Assembly: GCA_947644645.1 (NCBI GenBank)
Contig: CANSAF010000006.1
Span: 14,917-78,916, forward strand
Length of the DNA: 64,000 nucleotides
From: an uncultured Sporosarcina sp.
GTDB lineage: Bacteria > Bacillota > Bacilli > Bacillales_A > Planococcaceae
Direction: 5' to 3'
Within the stretch, counting starts at the first letter, position 1, and every line of letters starts with the position of its first letter. Shown here in pieces: positions 54,039 through 64,000 of the stretch. The notes under the pieces are model-generated. The model was not told where the DNA came from. It was given only the letters and a program-made list of their open reading frames with translations, and did no database searches. Position numbers and translations under genes: made by a program.

Positions 54039-55073
54039 ATGATTGGAAGAAACGATCCATGTCTTTGTGGAAGTGGAAAGAAATATAAAAAATGTTGCTT
54101 AGGGAAAAACGAAGAATCACTTGAAACATTAATCGGTGATGAGTTAGAGCGTATTATTCGTGGAATCTATGAGCAGCCAAGAATGCGTGAAGAATTGGTT
54201 CAATATGAAAAACATCGTGATGAGTGGCTTAATAAATTAGGTCAACATTGGGATGAGAAAAGTATAAACGTAGCGACGACAGAATTTTTCTTATTCGTCG
54301 AGCAGCGCCAATTATGGCAACAATATATCGAGGATGTTTTAACAACGCCTTTACGCGATGCAGTCCGTTCGATTGTAGAAACTTGGAAAGAACCGGTTGT
54401 CTTATTCGGTAAAGTAGAAGGCGATCAAGACGGATTTGTCCAAGTGAAAGAAGTATTAGGCGAAGAAACATTTGAATTAGAAATCGGACAAGAGTTAGAA
54501 AAAGAGAAAGATGTCATCGTATTTGGCGTTGGATTACGTGACGCACGTAACGGGAAAAATGGCCTTTATACATTAACATCATTCATGTTCTTAAAAGATG
54601 TGAACCAAGCATTTGAAAAAGACGTTGTCAATTTAGTGGAATCAAGCAAGCTAGGCGCTAGTTTAGCATTTTATGAAAAACATATGGTAGATGTATATGC
54701 ATTGATGTTCGACCAAGATGCGACATCTGTAGATGATTTAATTAGCACGAAGCTGACAGAAGAGCAGCAAGAAGCTTTAACGATGATTCAAGAAGCTTTA
54801 GAAGATGTGGACGCGATCGCAGAAGTGAAAGAATTACTTCAAAATATCGGAATCACATACTTCTTAAAAGAGAAACCAAGATTTAGAAAGCCAAACGTCA
54901 TTGCAGCAGCGGTATTTAACGTAGCGCTAGATCTCCAAATTTTAGGGGAGTTATCAATGACGAATCGTGAAGTGGCAGAGCGTTTCGACGTGTCAACTTC
55001 TTCGATTAAAACACATGCAGAAAGAATTCGCGTTTTTGTTGAACAAATGTTAGCACAAACAAAAGCTGAATAA
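54039..55073 (+). CDS. SEC-C motif protein (shorter paralogue of 48373-50184) with C-terminal HTH-like segment
   Basis: [20 protein letters not shown]; TNREVAERFDVSTSSI. Confidence 0.85.
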   Translation: MIGRNDPCLCGSGKKYKKCCLGKNEESLETLIGDELERIIRGIYEQPRMREELVQYEKHRDEWLNKLGQHWDEKSINVATTEFFLFVEQRQLWQQYIEDVLTTPLRDAVRSIVETWKEPVVLFGKVEGDQDGFVQVKEVLGEETFELEIGQELEKEKDVIVFGVGLRDARNGKNGLYTLTSFMFLKDVNQAFEKDVVNLVESSKLGASLAFYEKHMVDVYALMFDQDATSVDDLISTKLTEEQQEALTMIQEALEDVDAIAEVKELLQNIGITYFLKEKPRFRKPNVIAAAVFNVALDLQILGELSMTNREVAERFDVSTSSIKTHAERIRVFVEQMLAQTKAE

Positions 55074-55079
55074 TAAATG

Positions 55080-55120
55080 AAGATGTCCAAAAGCTTAACG
55101 GCTATTGGGCATCTTTTTTT
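55080..55120 (+). terminator. Intrinsic terminator (dispersed palindrome family)
   Basis: AAGATGTCCAAAAGC...GCTATTGGGCATCTT-TTTTT. Confidence 0.7.
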
Positions 55121-55205
55121 ATGACAAGGGTTTTATCAGCTTTTTGTAGAATGTTATAAGAAGGAGAAGCATATTTGTAACTGATTAAGAAAGGGGATTA
55201 GTAGG

Positions 55206-56684
55206 ATGCGCTTACGAAACTATATCGATGGAAGTTGGCAAGAAACTGAGCATGCGACTTATACAACGGTTTTAAATCCGGCAGATGGAGAAGAACTTGC
55301 GAAGGTTCAGTTATCGACAAAAGAAGATGTTGCTTATGCGGTACAAAAGGCTAAAAAAGCACAGCAAAAATGGGCGCTCGTTCCAGCTCCAAAACGTGCA
55401 GATTACTTATATGAAATTGGACGTCTTATGAAAGAACGGAAAGAACATTTGGCACAAGTGTTAACGAAGGAAATGGGAAAAGTGATTGAAGAAGCAAGAG
55501 GAGAAGTGCAAGAAGGTATTGATATGGCATTTTATATGGCTGGAGAAGGAAGAAGGCTTGTGGGCGAAACAGTTCCATCAGAATTACAAAATAAATTTGC
55601 GATGAGTGTCAGGGCGCCGGTTGGTGTTGTTGGGCTTATTACACCATGGAATTTTCCACTAGCGATTGCCACATGGAAGTCATTTCCGGCGATTGTTGCA
55701 GGGAATACATTTATTTGGAAGCCAGCAACTGAAACACCGATGATGGCTTATGAAATGGCGTTAATATTTGAAGAGGTAGGACTTCCAAATGGTGTTGCTA
55801 ATATCGTATTTGGAAGCGGCAATACTGTTGGAACGGCGATGATTGAACATCCAGATATTCGAGTGATTTCATTTACAGGATCGACTGAAACAGGACGTCA
55901 TGTTGCGGAAACTGGCGGACGCCACTTGAAAAAAGTATCACTAGAAATGGGTGGAAAAAATGCTGTCATTGTTATGGAGGATGCTGATTTAAACTTGGCT
56001 GTTGAAGGGATTATTTGGAGTGCTTTTGGAACGGCGGGACAACGCTGTACGGCATGTAGTCGTGTGATCGTGCATAAAGATATTAAAGAAGCACTTGAAC
56101 AACAATTGCTCGAACAAATGACAACATTAACGATAGGCAATGGTTTAGATGAAGCAGTGAAAATCGGTCCTGTCATTAATGGAAAAGCGCTACAGAAAAT
56201 TTCAGCGTATATTGAAGTTGGTCAAAAAGAAGGTGCGACATTACTAGCGGGTGGGAAAGTATTAAAAACGGGACAATTTCAACAGGGGTATTATTTTGAA
56301 CCGACTTTATTTACAAATGTAAAATGGGATAGCCGTTTAGCGCAAGAAGAAATATTTGGACCAGTTTTATCGCTTATCGAAGTTGACAGTTTGGAAGAAG
56401 CAATCGAAGTGAATAACAGTGTGAAGTACGGCTTATCGAGTTCGATTTTTTCGCAAGATATCAATAAAGTTTTTCAAGCACAAAGAGATCTAGATACTGG
56501 AATTGTTTATGTCAATGCAGGAACGACAGGTGCAGAAATTCATTTACCTTTTGGGGGAACAAAAGGTACTGGAAATGGTCATCGGGATTCTGGAATTGCT
56601 GCGCTAGATGTTTTTACAGAGTGGAAAAGTATATATGTAGATTTTAGTGGAACATTACAACGCGCACAAATTGACAATAACTAA
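55206..56684 (+). CDS. NAD-dependent aldehyde dehydrogenase (probable aminoadipate-semialdehyde/P6C dehydrogenase)
   Basis: ITPWNFP, FTGST.TG, LEMGGKN, GQRCTA (catalytic Cys), EEIFGP; coupled to lysDH. Confidence 0.88.
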   Translation: MRLRNYIDGSWQETEHATYTTVLNPADGEELAKVQLSTKEDVAYAVQKAKKAQQKWALVPAPKRADYLYEIGRLMKERKEHLAQVLTKEMGKVIEEARGEVQEGIDMAFYMAGEGRRLVGETVPSELQNKFAMSVRAPVGVVGLITPWNFPLAIATWKSFPAIVAGNTFIWKPATETPMMAYEMALIFEEVGLPNGVANIVFGSGNTVGTAMIEHPDIRVISFTGSTETGRHVAETGGRHLKKVSLEMGGKNAVIVMEDADLNLAVEGIIWSAFGTAGQRCTACSRVIVHKDIKEALEQQLLEQMTTLTIGNGLDEAVKIGPVINGKALQKISAYIEVGQKEGATLLAGGKVLKTGQFQQGYYFEPTLFTNVKWDSRLAQEEIFGPVLSLIEVDSLEEAIEVNNSVKYGLSSSIFSQDINKVFQAQRDLDTGIVYVNAGTTGAEIHLPFGGTKGTGNGHRDSGIAALDVFTEWKSIYVDFSGTLQRAQIDNN

Positions 56685-56706
56685 ATATAGAGAGGGGATG
56701 GGAAAT

Positions 56707-57858
56707 ATGAAAGTCGTTGTGCTCGGTGCAGGTTTAATGGGGAAAGAAGCGGCGCGTGATTTAGTGAAAAGCGATGCGGTTGAACAAGTCTATTTAGCAG
56801 ACCTTAATGTGCGGCAGGCGGAAGATTTTGCGGCAGAATTAATGTCTTTTAAATTAGATATTTTATGGCTAGATGCGACCAATGAAGAACAATTGGCTGA
56901 TGTAATGAGTTTAGGGGATGTTGTGATTAATGCGCTTTTTTATACATTTAATGAAACAGTTGCGCGAATTGCAATTGAAAAAGGCGTTCATGCAATCGAT
57001 TTAGGCGGACATATTGGAGGAGTTACTGATAAAGTTCTCACTTTACATGAAGCTGCTAAAGAAAAAGGCGTCACAATTATTCCAGATTTAGGCGTTGCAC
57101 CAGGGATGATTAATATATTAACAGGGTACGGTGCAAGTCAATTAGATGAAGTGAAAGAGATAAAATTATTTGTAGGCGGAATTCCAGTGAAGCCCGAGCC
57201 ACCTTTAAATTATCATCTCGTTTTTTCGCTAGAAGGTGTCTTTGATCATTATACAAAACCATCAACGATCATTCGCGATGGCCAATTAACAGTTATGCCT
57301 TCTTTATCGGAAATTGAGACAATTGATTTCGAAGATTACGGGGAACTTGAAGCATTCCACACATCGGGCGGCACATCAACTTTACTAAAATCATTTTCAA
57401 ATGTGAAAGCATTAGAATATAAAACGATTCGCTATAAAGGGCATGCAGAGAAGTTTCAGTTATTCGTTGATCTTGGCATGTTATCACCTGATGAAACAGT
57501 CACATTAAAAGGTCATGCATTTAAAATACGTGAAGTGATGAAATCCTATTTAACGCCAAAATTAGCCCTTGGTGATAAATCGGATGCCGTTTTACTTCGT
57601 GTCATCATCAGTGGGACAAAAAATCAAGCAGACAAAACATTTGAATATAATTTAATTACAGAAAAAGATGTGCAGAAAAACATAACAGCAATGGCTCGTG
57701 CAACTGCAAGTACGATTTCAATTGTTGCACAAATGATTGGCACGGGGGAAATTAAGAAACGTGGCGTTTATCCACCTGAAAAAATTGTGCCAGGGAAATT
57801 ATACATTGAAAAACTCGAAAAACGTGATGTGTTCATCAAGGAGAAAAGTTACGGATGA
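56707..57858 (+). CDS. lysDH: L-lysine 6-dehydrogenase-like protein (saccharopine dehydrogenase family)
   Basis: [71 protein letters not shown]; as I recall it, this follows the Geobacillus LysDH sequence closely. Confidence 0.8.
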   Translation: MKVVVLGAGLMGKEAARDLVKSDAVEQVYLADLNVRQAEDFAAELMSFKLDILWLDATNEEQLADVMSLGDVVINALFYTFNETVARIAIEKGVHAIDLGGHIGGVTDKVLTLHEAAKEKGVTIIPDLGVAPGMINILTGYGASQLDEVKEIKLFVGGIPVKPEPPLNYHLVFSLEGVFDHYTKPSTIIRDGQLTVMPSLSEIETIDFEDYGELEAFHTSGGTSTLLKSFSNVKALEYKTIRYKGHAEKFQLFVDLGMLSPDETVTLKGHAFKIREVMKSYLTPKLALGDKSDAVLLRVIISGTKNQADKTFEYNLITEKDVQKNITAMARATASTISIVAQMIGTGEIKKRGVYPPEKIVPGKLYIEKLEKRDVFIKEKSYG

Positions 57859-57924
57859 AATGAATCTTTCTGTCTTTGGTTCCGTATATAAGTAAAACGG
57901 TGAAACAGGAAGGTGTGGATTTTT

Positions 57925-58623
57925 ATGGGGAAATATTCATTAAATGAATTCATTCAAAATACACAACAAGATGACAAGAACAACGAGTTTTTTGAACTGG
58001 AAACACCAAGGATATTAGAAGTGAATTTAAATGATCTTGTTTGGGCGAAAATGGGCTCGATGATCGCTTATACTGGGGAGATTAAGTTTGAACGTGAAAG
58101 AGTATTAGAGCATGGTATCGGAAAAATGTTTAAAAAGGCTTTCACAGGCGAAGGCACTGCATTGATGAAAGCAGCGGGCAATGGACAGCTTTATTTAGCC
58201 GATCAAGGAAAGAAAATTACGATTTTCGATTTAAAAGATGAAGAGATTACGGTCAATGGAAATGATTTACTAGCTTTTGAACCGAGCATCGAATGGGATA
58301 TTCAATTAATGCGTAAAATGGCAGGGATGATGTCGGGTGGTTTATTTAATGTTCATTTAAGAGGGCGTGGAAAAATTGCCATTACTTCACATTATGAACC
58401 ACTCACTTTGCTCGTAAAACCTGGTCAACCAGTGCTAACCGATCCAAACGCGACCGTTGCTTGGTCTGGAAACCTGCAGCCAGAGTTCCGAACAGATATT
58501 AGTGTGCGCACGTTTTTAGGAAGGGGAAGTGGTGAGTCGATTCAAATGGAGTTTACAGGTGAAGGGTTTGTCATCGTTCAACCATTTGAAGAAGGACTTG
58601 CGACTGGAGAGCCTTCTTCGTAA
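57925..58623 (+). CDS. AIM24 family protein
   Basis: GSMIAYTG.IKF, KAFTGEG, GGLFN..L.G.G, GESIQM.F.GEGFV.VQP. Confidence 0.85.
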   Translation: MGKYSLNEFIQNTQQDDKNNEFFELETPRILEVNLNDLVWAKMGSMIAYTGEIKFERERVLEHGIGKMFKKAFTGEGTALMKAAGNGQLYLADQGKKITIFDLKDEEITVNGNDLLAFEPSIEWDIQLMRKMAGMMSGGLFNVHLRGRGKIAITSHYEPLTLLVKPGQPVLTDPNATVAWSGNLQPEFRTDISVRTFLGRGSGESIQMEFTGEGFVIVQPFEEGLATGEPSS

Positions 58624-58650
58624 GAGGAAGTTAAGCTTATTGAATCAAAG

Positions 58651-58696
58651 AAAAGAGTCTTCCGATTGCATATTTATCAATCAGAAGACTTTTTTT
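58651..58696. terminator. Bidirectional terminator between convergent genes
   Basis: AGTCTTC-GATTG...CAATC-GAAGACT-TTTTTT. Confidence 0.65.
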
Positions 58697-60359
58697 AGTT
58701 TACATCGATAGAATTTAAAATTGCTTCTTTTGTAATTGGATGACCGATGTAATATCCTTGTAATCCATCAACACCAAATTCTTTTAGTAAATGAGCTTGT
58801 TCTTCAGTTTCTACCCCTTCCGCAACAACGAACATATTCATTGATTTTCCGAATTGAATCATGCCACGGACAAGTTGTGTCGTCTGTTCATGTGTTGTTA
58901 AAGAGTTGATAAATAATTTATCAATCTTTAATTTATCAATGGGTAAAGTTTGCATATAACGGAATGATGCAAAGCCTGTTCCAAAATCATCTAGCGCAAA
59001 TTTAATCCCCGCGTCATTTAAATCTTTCATTTGACGTGAAACGGAGGTTTCTTCCTCAGCTTTAAAAGCAAACATCTCGGTAATTTCCAACTGTATAAGT
59101 TCTGGTGGACAAGCAGAAGCTTCTAGAATTTTTAAGATTTGCTTGTTCCTTTTCGGATCGGTAAATTCTCTAACAGATGTATTAACCGAAAAGATGGTTG
59201 GTTCTTCCGCTTTATATAAAGTGGAAGCAAGTTTTGCAGCTTCAGATAAAACAAATGCTCCAATACGTTGAATAAGTCCATTTTCCTCCGCAATCGGAAT
59301 GAGTTCATCAGGCGCAATGGTTCCAAGTTCTTCATCTTCCCAACGTACGAGCGATTCATAGAGTAAAATTTTACCTGTTTGGCTATCAATTTGTGGTTGA
59401 TAGGCGACTTGTAAATGTTCGTGGTCAATTGCTGAAAGCATTTTTTGGCTAATTAAAGCTTTTCGATTGAGCGTCTTATGCGAGGCTGTGGAAAGCGTTG
59501 TAAATCTGCCACCACCAAGCTCTATCGCTTCTTTCGTTGCAACAACCGAAGTTGTCATAAGTCCAGTATACGTTTTTTGGTTTTCAGGGTAACGAATAAT
59601 CCCACCACTTGTCGAAATAGGAATTGAAACGTTTTCGATATAAATCGGATGACGCTTTAAAAAATCATTAAATCCTTCAATAAACCAATCTCCAAAATTC
59701 GTTAAAATGACAAACTCATTTACACCAATTCTAGCAATTTGGCTGTTTTGAAAAAATCTTTTCATTCGATTGACGAAAGCTTTAATGATTTCCGTGCGCG
59801 ATTCATTTGAATGAAAGCCTTGTAAAGTGTAAAATCGATCAATTGCAATGTTTACGAAAGCAAAACCATCTTTTTTCTCGATAAGCTGATTAACAGTCGT
59901 TTCTAAATTATGGCGACTCATTAGTCCCGTTTCATAGTCAAAAGAGGCGATTTCTTCAAGTTTTTGCTGAAGTTGGACGTCTTTTGTCATATCCATTTCA
60001 AAAGAAATGACAGAAATAAGTTCGTCATTTGAATGGATAACAGGAATCATTGTCATATTTACATAATATGGTTCATTTAATCGGGAGATTTTTTTGACAG
60101 TCCCCGACCACGGTTTACCTTTCATCACATGTCGCCAAATTTTATCGGCTTCTTGTTGGTCAGCATCATCATTTGAAAACATTTGCCAAAAAGTTTTTCC
60201 GATGACACGTTTGGGTGTCCATTTACTAGTTTCCAAAAATTCTTTATTTGTATAGGTAATAGAGCCGTTTTTATTTAGATGGGTCACCATGTAAAATTGT
60301 TCAAGTTGCATAAGTATATCTAGTAGTTCAGGCTTAATTTTTTCATAATGTGAAAACAT
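58695..60359 (-). CDS. PAS - degenerate GGDEF - EAL protein, probable c-di-GMP phosphodiesterase
   Basis: PAS (ITYTNKEF...WSG); the GGDEF position reads RIGVNEF; EAL domain ESLVRW, DDFGTG, KIDKLF, EGVE. Confidence 0.88.
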   Translation of the reverse strand: MFSHYEKIKPELLDILMQLEQFYMVTHLNKNGSITYTNKEFLETSKWTPKRVIGKTFWQMFSNDDADQQEADKIWRHVMKGKPWSGTVKKISRLNEPYYVNMTMIPVIHSNDELISVISFEMDMTKDVQLQQKLEEIASFDYETGLMSRHNLETTVNQLIEKKDGFAFVNIAIDRFYTLQGFHSNESRTEIIKAFVNRMKRFFQNSQIARIGVNEFVILTNFGDWFIEGFNDFLKRHPIYIENVSIPISTSGGIIRYPENQKTYTGLMTTSVVATKEAIELGGGRFTTLSTASHKTLNRKALISQKMLSAIDHEHLQVAYQPQIDSQTGKILLYESLVRWEDEELGTIAPDELIPIAEENGLIQRIGAFVLSEAAKLASTLYKAEEPTIFSVNTSVREFTDPKRNKQILKILEASACPPELIQLEITEMFAFKAEEETSVSRQMKDLNDAGIKFALDDFGTGFASFRYMQTLPIDKLKIDKLFINSLTTHEQTTQLVRGMIQFGKSMNMFVVAEGVETEEQAHLLKEFGVDGLQGYYIGHPITKEAILNSIDVN

Positions 60360-60680
60360 ATTTTTCGTCCTCCTGGGTTTACTATACTATGATTATAACT
60401 GTATCTAGTGGAAAATTCATTAAAAGCCGCACAAAAAGTCTAAGGGCATGATTTTTTAATTGCTTTACTGTGTTAGGTTCGTGTAGTTGGTGTGCTTTTC
60501 GGCTTGCTTCGAGTTGTTTTCGGGTGGTTTTTTTAAAAGTATGTAGTACTTTGGAGGAAGTCGACTTTGTCTTTATTGAAAATTTGGGTATGTATATGAG
60601 ACGATTAATTAATAGATAAAATAAAAGTTGTGCAATGGCTGACTTCGTGATTGATTACGTGTAAAGAAGGGGGATCCGAA

Positions 60681-61604
60681 ATGGAGAGATTAAAAGGAAT
60701 TGCGATGATTGTTTCGGGCGCGACATTTTGGGGCGCGACTGGTCCGATGATGGAGTGGTTATTAGCCACTACCGAAATGTCGGTTTCATTTATGTTGACG
60801 ATTCGTTTATTGCTTGCCGGTATAATTTTATTAACAATATTAAAGTTGCAAGGAAAGAATATTGTATTGCCATGGCGCCAAAAAGTTTGGGCACGACAAT
60901 TATTGATTTTCGGTATTTTCGGGATGCTCGGTGTGCAGTTCACTTTTGTTTCTTCAATTGAGACGAGTAATGCAGTAATCGCCACTTTGTTTCAATTTTT
61001 AGCGCCGATTTATATCATTATTTTCGTTTCATGGATGCACCGGAAATTCCCGCCTATCGTACAAGTACTTGGGATGCTTGTCACATTGGTTGGTTTATTT
61101 TTATTATTAACAAATGGATCACTTTCAGGTTTTACTTTAAGTACAATTGCTATATTTTGGGGGATTGCTGTGGGCTTAGCATTTTCTTTTTACACATTAT
61201 ATCCCGCCCATTTAATGCAAGTGTGGGGTGTACTCGTTTCAGTTGGCTGGGCGATGGTGATTGGTGGACTGGTGTTGCTCATCGTTCAATTTGTTCCGAT
61301 TATGAAGCAGTTGCCATTATTAGCTAAGTGGGATGTCCTTTTGATGTTAATATTGGTAATCATTATCGGAACAGCCGCATTTAGTTTATTTCTTGGAAGT
61401 ATGAAATATATTAGCGCAATTGAGGCGAGTATTTTATCGAGCTTCGAGCCATTAACAGCGATGGTCATTTCGGTCATTTGGTTTGGGCAAGCACTTGGGA
61501 TTTGGCAATTTGTCGGCGCAATTACAATGCTTCTCGGTGTCACTTGGATATCAGTTTCAGGAAGTAAAATTGATACGGGTGGGGAAGATTTGATTAAAGA
61601 ATGA
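60681..61604 (+). CDS. DMT/EamA family transporter
   Basis: 10 TM helices, duplicated EamA domains; ATFWG..G, ATLFQFLAPI, SSFEPLTA. Confidence 0.9.
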   Translation: MERLKGIAMIVSGATFWGATGPMMEWLLATTEMSVSFMLTIRLLLAGIILLTILKLQGKNIVLPWRQKVWARQLLIFGIFGMLGVQFTFVSSIETSNAVIATLFQFLAPIYIIIFVSWMHRKFPPIVQVLGMLVTLVGLFLLLTNGSLSGFTLSTIAIFWGIAVGLAFSFYTLYPAHLMQVWGVLVSVGWAMVIGGLVLLIVQFVPIMKQLPLLAKWDVLLMLILVIIIGTAAFSLFLGSMKYISAIEASILSSFEPLTAMVISVIWFGQALGIWQFVGAITMLLGVTWISVSGSKIDTGGEDLIKE

Positions 61605-61652
61605 AATTATGTCTATGTGAAAACTTTAGAAGGTATTTTTGCAGTATGGATC

Positions 61653-61704
61653 AAACAGCTTTAGAAAAGGTCACCATGTCGACTTTTTCTAAAGCTGTTT
61701 TTTA
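61653..61704. terminator. Bidirectional terminator (long near-perfect palindrome)
   Basis: AAACAGCTTTAGAAAAGGTC...GACTTTTTCTAAAGCTGTTT. Confidence 0.8.
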
Positions 61705-61714
61705 TTGTTCATAT

Positions 61715-62410
61715 TTAATCTTCATCAAAAGATACATATTCAAGATCGCCATCAATTTTCAAATCTTTTGGGACGATAAGACGAATTGTCATTGGACGAC
61801 TACCCGAAGAAAATCCACTAAATAAATCATAATTTTCTTCGCCCGTAAATTGGTTCAGTATAAAAGAGCCTGTATAATAAGCAAAATTAAATTCGAATGT
61901 TGGTTGCTTCGAGAAAGTCACAGCATTCCCTTGCCATTCAGGTAAAGCAATATCAACTTCATTTGATAAATCATGGTTATTTACCATATAAAGAGGCTTC
62001 GTAATATACTCTTCTACAATGCCGTCATTAACATCTTTCCGTTCAATCCAAATATCAGCTCCACTATAATCAGCATCGTCATGATAGATCGTTAACTGAT
62101 TTTCAATTTCATGCGTTCTTTTAGTGACTGGTTCTGATTCGTCAATTGAATCAATTTTTTCTGCGCTGCTACCAATAACGACATCGTCAAATGCATTTTC
62201 ATTCAATGGAAGCTGTCGAACTTCACTGCTCGGAAAAAGCACCTCGACGATGATTGTCATAATGAAAAGAAGTGCGATAAAACTAAAGGCAATTGTATAA
62301 TGAACTTTGCTTGTGATATTGAAGAACTTTCCAGTCAATTTACTTGAAAAGAATATACCAATTACTAAGACAATTATTAAAGTAGATAATAAAAGAGTTG
62401 TGAAGATCAT
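61715..62410 (-). CDS. Hypothetical membrane protein (two TM helices plus acidic extracellular domain)
   Basis: RBS GGAGGTGA before ATG 62410; coupled to the upstream permease-like gene. Confidence 0.7.
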   Translation of the reverse strand: MIFTTLLLSTLIIVLVIGIFFSSKLTGKFFNITSKVHYTIAFSFIALLFIMTIIVEVLFPSSEVRQLPLNENAFDDVVIGSSAEKIDSIDESEPVTKRTHEIENQLTIYHDDADYSGADIWIERKDVNDGIVEEYITKPLYMVNNHDLSNEVDIALPEWQGNAVTFSKQPTFEFNFAYYTGSFILNQFTGEENYDLFSGFSSGSRPMTIRLIVPKDLKIDGDLEYVSFDED

Positions 62411-63165
62411 GATTTTCTCACCTCCAAATGACTTGTAACTAAGGTTGAAATCGCAAATAAAATGGTACATAATCCAATTATTTTTATTAAGAAGAAAGGT
62501 AAATAGCTTTCATTGAATAGAAAAAGAATAGATGCACCAATCATTTGGAAGCCTAAAATGAATGTAATGAAAAAGATGATGCTCAAGAAAAAAATCATCA
62601 CTAGACCGCCATAGCCATTTAGTGTTTGCGAGAAACTTCCCATCATATAGCCAATCATGAATAATAATAATGTATAACAAACAACGGTTATAAACTGTAA
62701 AGGCAAGTGAAGGGGCGCTTCTGTAATCGTTGATGTTAAAGTATCGATTTCTTCGTATCGTAAATTTGCTAATAATCTTAGAGCAGGTCCGATAAGGATA
62801 ACCATAAATCCTGCTAAAAAGGAAGCTAATAACATAAAAAGTAAGTTTGATAAATGATGTGTGAGTCTCGTTGATACGAATGAAAAAGCTTCGTTCCATT
62901 TCGATTGATTGGCAAGTCGAACCCCAATGAAAAATGCCCATGCGATCATAAAAGTAATATGAGGGGTACTTGTAACAGCATTGATTGAAATATAGGATGT
63001 TTCATCAAAGTAATGGCTTGAAGAACTACTTGAAAAACTAAATAGTAAAGCAAACAACTGAAAGGCAATCAATATCGTAAAAGCACTTGCATTTGAATTA
63101 AGTTTAAAGCGTAATTGTTGTTTTAGAATATCAAGTTGGCGCGGTTCATTTAAATACATCATCAA
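62407..63165 (-). CDS. Six-TM ABC transporter permease-like membrane protein
   Basis: Hydrophobic profile; overlaps the ATPase gene. Confidence 0.7.
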   Translation of the reverse strand: MMMYLNEPRQLDILKQQLRFKLNSNASAFTILIAFQLFALLFSFSSSSSSHYFDETSYISINAVTSTPHITFMIAWAFFIGVRLANQSKWNEAFSFVSTRLTHHLSNLLFMLLASFLAGFMVILIGPALRLLANLRYEEIDTLTSTITEAPLHLPLQFITVVCYTLLLFMIGYMMGSFSQTLNGYGGLVMIFFLSIIFFITFILGFQMIGASILFLFNESYLPFFLIKIIGLCTILFAISTLVTSHLEVRKS

Positions 63166-64000
63166 TTCCTCCTTTTGTTCTTTGCGTCAATGCGACATAC
63201 GCTTCATTGGCGGAAATTGGCGAAATTCGAATATTGTCTTTTCGCATTGCTTCAAGTGTGTCGTCTGTTAATTGGTTTTTTACCGTCAAAATGACATAAG
63301 GACCTGTCTCTTTTGTCGCAATAATATCTTCTCTGCTAATATGTTTTAAAATAAGTTGTTCTTTTCCAGTAATATGGAGAAAGGTTTCTTGTAAAGCAGT
63401 AATTGAGTCATGAAAAAGCACTTTATGATTATCAATTAATAACACATCTTCCAATAAATGTTCAATTTCTTCCACATGATGACTTGATAATAAAATAGTT
63501 CTTGGATGTGCAATATAATCTTTTAAAAGGGCACGATAAAAATCTTTTCGCACAACCGCATCCATTCCAGTCGTCGGTTCATCGAAAATTGTTAATGGAC
63601 TTCGAGAAGAAATTCCGATAATCGCATTAAAGGTGCTTCTTTTTCCTTTTGATAAAACACGAATTTTCAATTGTGGATGTAAGCTAAAATAATTCATTAA
63701 TCGAAGCGCCAAATCATGGTCCCAGCGAAAATAAAATCGCCTACATTCATTTAAAATATCGTTCATTGTCATACTTTGAGGAAAAGGCATTAAATCATCT
63801 ACAAAAATCGAGTTACTGGAAACTTTTAAGCTGTTAAAAGGACGTTCTGAGAACACTTCAAAGCTCCCGCTACTTTCTTGAACAAACCCTGCAATCATTT
63901 TCATCAATGTTGTTTTCCCAACACCATTTCTCCCGATAATTCCAGTTAAAGAATTTTCTTTTATCGTAAAGTTCAACTCATTGAAAATCGTTTTTGAACG
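63146..64000 (-). CDS. ABC transporter ATP-binding protein, 5'-truncated by window edge
   Basis: Frame open to 64000 (RSKTIFNELNF...); GRNGVGKTT, LSKGKR, IFDEPT.GMD, SSH. Confidence 0.9.
   Translation of the reverse strand, partial: RSKTIFNELNFTIKENSLTGIIGRNGVGKTTLMKMIAGFVQESSGSFEVFSERPFNSLKVSSNSIFVDDLMPFPQSMTMNDILNECRRFYFRWDHDLALRLMNYFSLHPQLKIRVLSKGKRSTFNAIIGISSRSPLTIFDEPTTGMDAVVRKDFYRALLKDYIAHPRTILLSSHHVEEIEHLLEDVLLIDNHKVLFHDSITALQETFLHITGKEQLILKHISREDIIATKETGPYVILTVKNQLTDDTLEAMRKDNIRISPISANEAYVALTQRTKGGIDDVFK

Noticed and set aside
60420-60575. Riboswitch or element remnant between the EAL and DMT genes
   Set aside because: There is a half-match to the dispersed palindrome (AAGCCGCACAAAAAGTC) and a G/T-rich stretch, but no coherent stem or known riboswitch motif.

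Overview
This is a 64-kb chromosomal window from a low-GC Bacillales organism; a Planococcaceae/Sporosarcina-like source is my inference from gene content. Most of it is recognisable metabolism. In order: an M20 amidohydrolase (partial), a SAM-I riboswitch with a core MetE-like gene, a NERD nuclease gene, a Bce-type TCS/ABC module, an AlsT symporter, a DUF2512-like protein, an LLM monooxygenase and class I ribonucleotide reductase (alpha-flavodoxin-beta). Next come narGHJI-nreABC-hemerythrin-narK(PAS fusion), a full Moco cluster, a 2-hydroxyacid dehydrogenase, an acyl-CoA dehydrogenase and a T-box-controlled ilvBHC-leuABCD operon. The last part holds a choline-kinase-like gene, a Na+/glutamate symporter, two SEC-C paralogues, an acetamidase, TetR/DHA2 MFS, ALDH plus lysine 6-dehydrogenase, AIM24, PAS-GGDEF-EAL, a DMT transporter and an ABC system cut off by the window end. 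The best candidate for an undescribed system is at about 2.1-3.6 kb. There a NERD (PD-(D/E)XK)-Zn ribbon-wHTH gene is bracketed by two homologous hairpins. It is followed by a G-rich TTAGGG-containing tract and by two copies of an AT-rich leader plus an array of CGCGGATAA cores at an exact 21-bp period (4+5 copies, 12-nt semi-variable spacers). Other highlights are the NarK-PAS fusion, identically spaced twin putative NreC boxes at narG and narK, DnaA plus NrdR boxes upstream of the RNR operon, an apparently Ile-specific T-box on ilv-leu, a lysine 6-dehydrogenase pathway pair and a dispersed palindrome family. I found no CRISPR array, transposase, tRNA or rRNA. All calls come from reading motifs; no database searches were run.
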